NCBI GenBank assembly: GCA_964236955.1
Contig: CAXSGP010000096.1
Span: forward strand, 1-17,771
Reading direction: 5' to 3'
Origin: an uncultured Oligoflexus sp.
GTDB lineage: Bacteria > Bdellovibrionota_B > Oligoflexia > Oligoflexales > Oligoflexaceae
Length of the DNA: 17,771 nucleotides
The notes under the pieces are model-generated. The model was not told the origin of the DNA. It saw only the letters and a list, made by a program, of their open reading frames with translations, and searched no databases. Below, in pieces: positions 17,767 to 17,771 of this stretch. The translations under genes and the position numbers were made by a program. Position 1 is the stretch's first letter. Each line of letters starts with the position of its first letter.

Positions 17767-17771
17767 ATCTT

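Noticed and set aside
17690..17771. tRNA-Pro as an integration site for a mobile element
   Set aside because: No integrase or duplicated tRNA 3' end is visible in this window, and the downstream side is outside it.
1..17771. CRISPR array, IS element, prophage or anti-phage defence locus (cNMP and TPR domains can suggest these)
   Set aside because: No regularly spaced repeats, transposase, integrase, cyclase, nuclease or effector domains were seen, and the large TPR proteins carry export signals.

Overview
Bacterial chromosomal window of moderate GC. Gene content and protein style suggest a Bdellovibrionota/Oligoflexia or myxobacteria-like organism (inference). Left to right: (i) carB (truncated by the window edge) and carA on the minus strand, both with eukaryote-like (CAD/CPA) rather than E. 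coli-like motifs; (ii) a divergent thiolase with a terminator and a DnaA-box-like cluster; (iii) on the minus strand, a 61-aa Cys/His micro-protein with its own sigma-54-type promoter, a membrane-anchored alpha-solenoid protein with a degenerate cNMP-binding domain, and a small outer-membrane beta-barrel; (iv) on the plus strand, rppH, a His-x-His membrane protein and a signal-less helical-backbone metal receptor; (v) an orphan response regulator; (vi) a tightly overlapping five-gene minus-strand operon: lytic transglycosylase, secreted coiled-coil/beta protein, GltC-like TPR, GltD-like TPR, GltE-like TPR lipoprotein; (vii) tRNA-Pro(GGG). The best candidate for an undescribed system is the operon: a gliding/Nfs-type TPR scaffold with a peptidoglycan lytic transglycosylase but no adjacent GltG/AglRQS motor genes. 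All homology calls come from motif recognition by eye; no searches were run.
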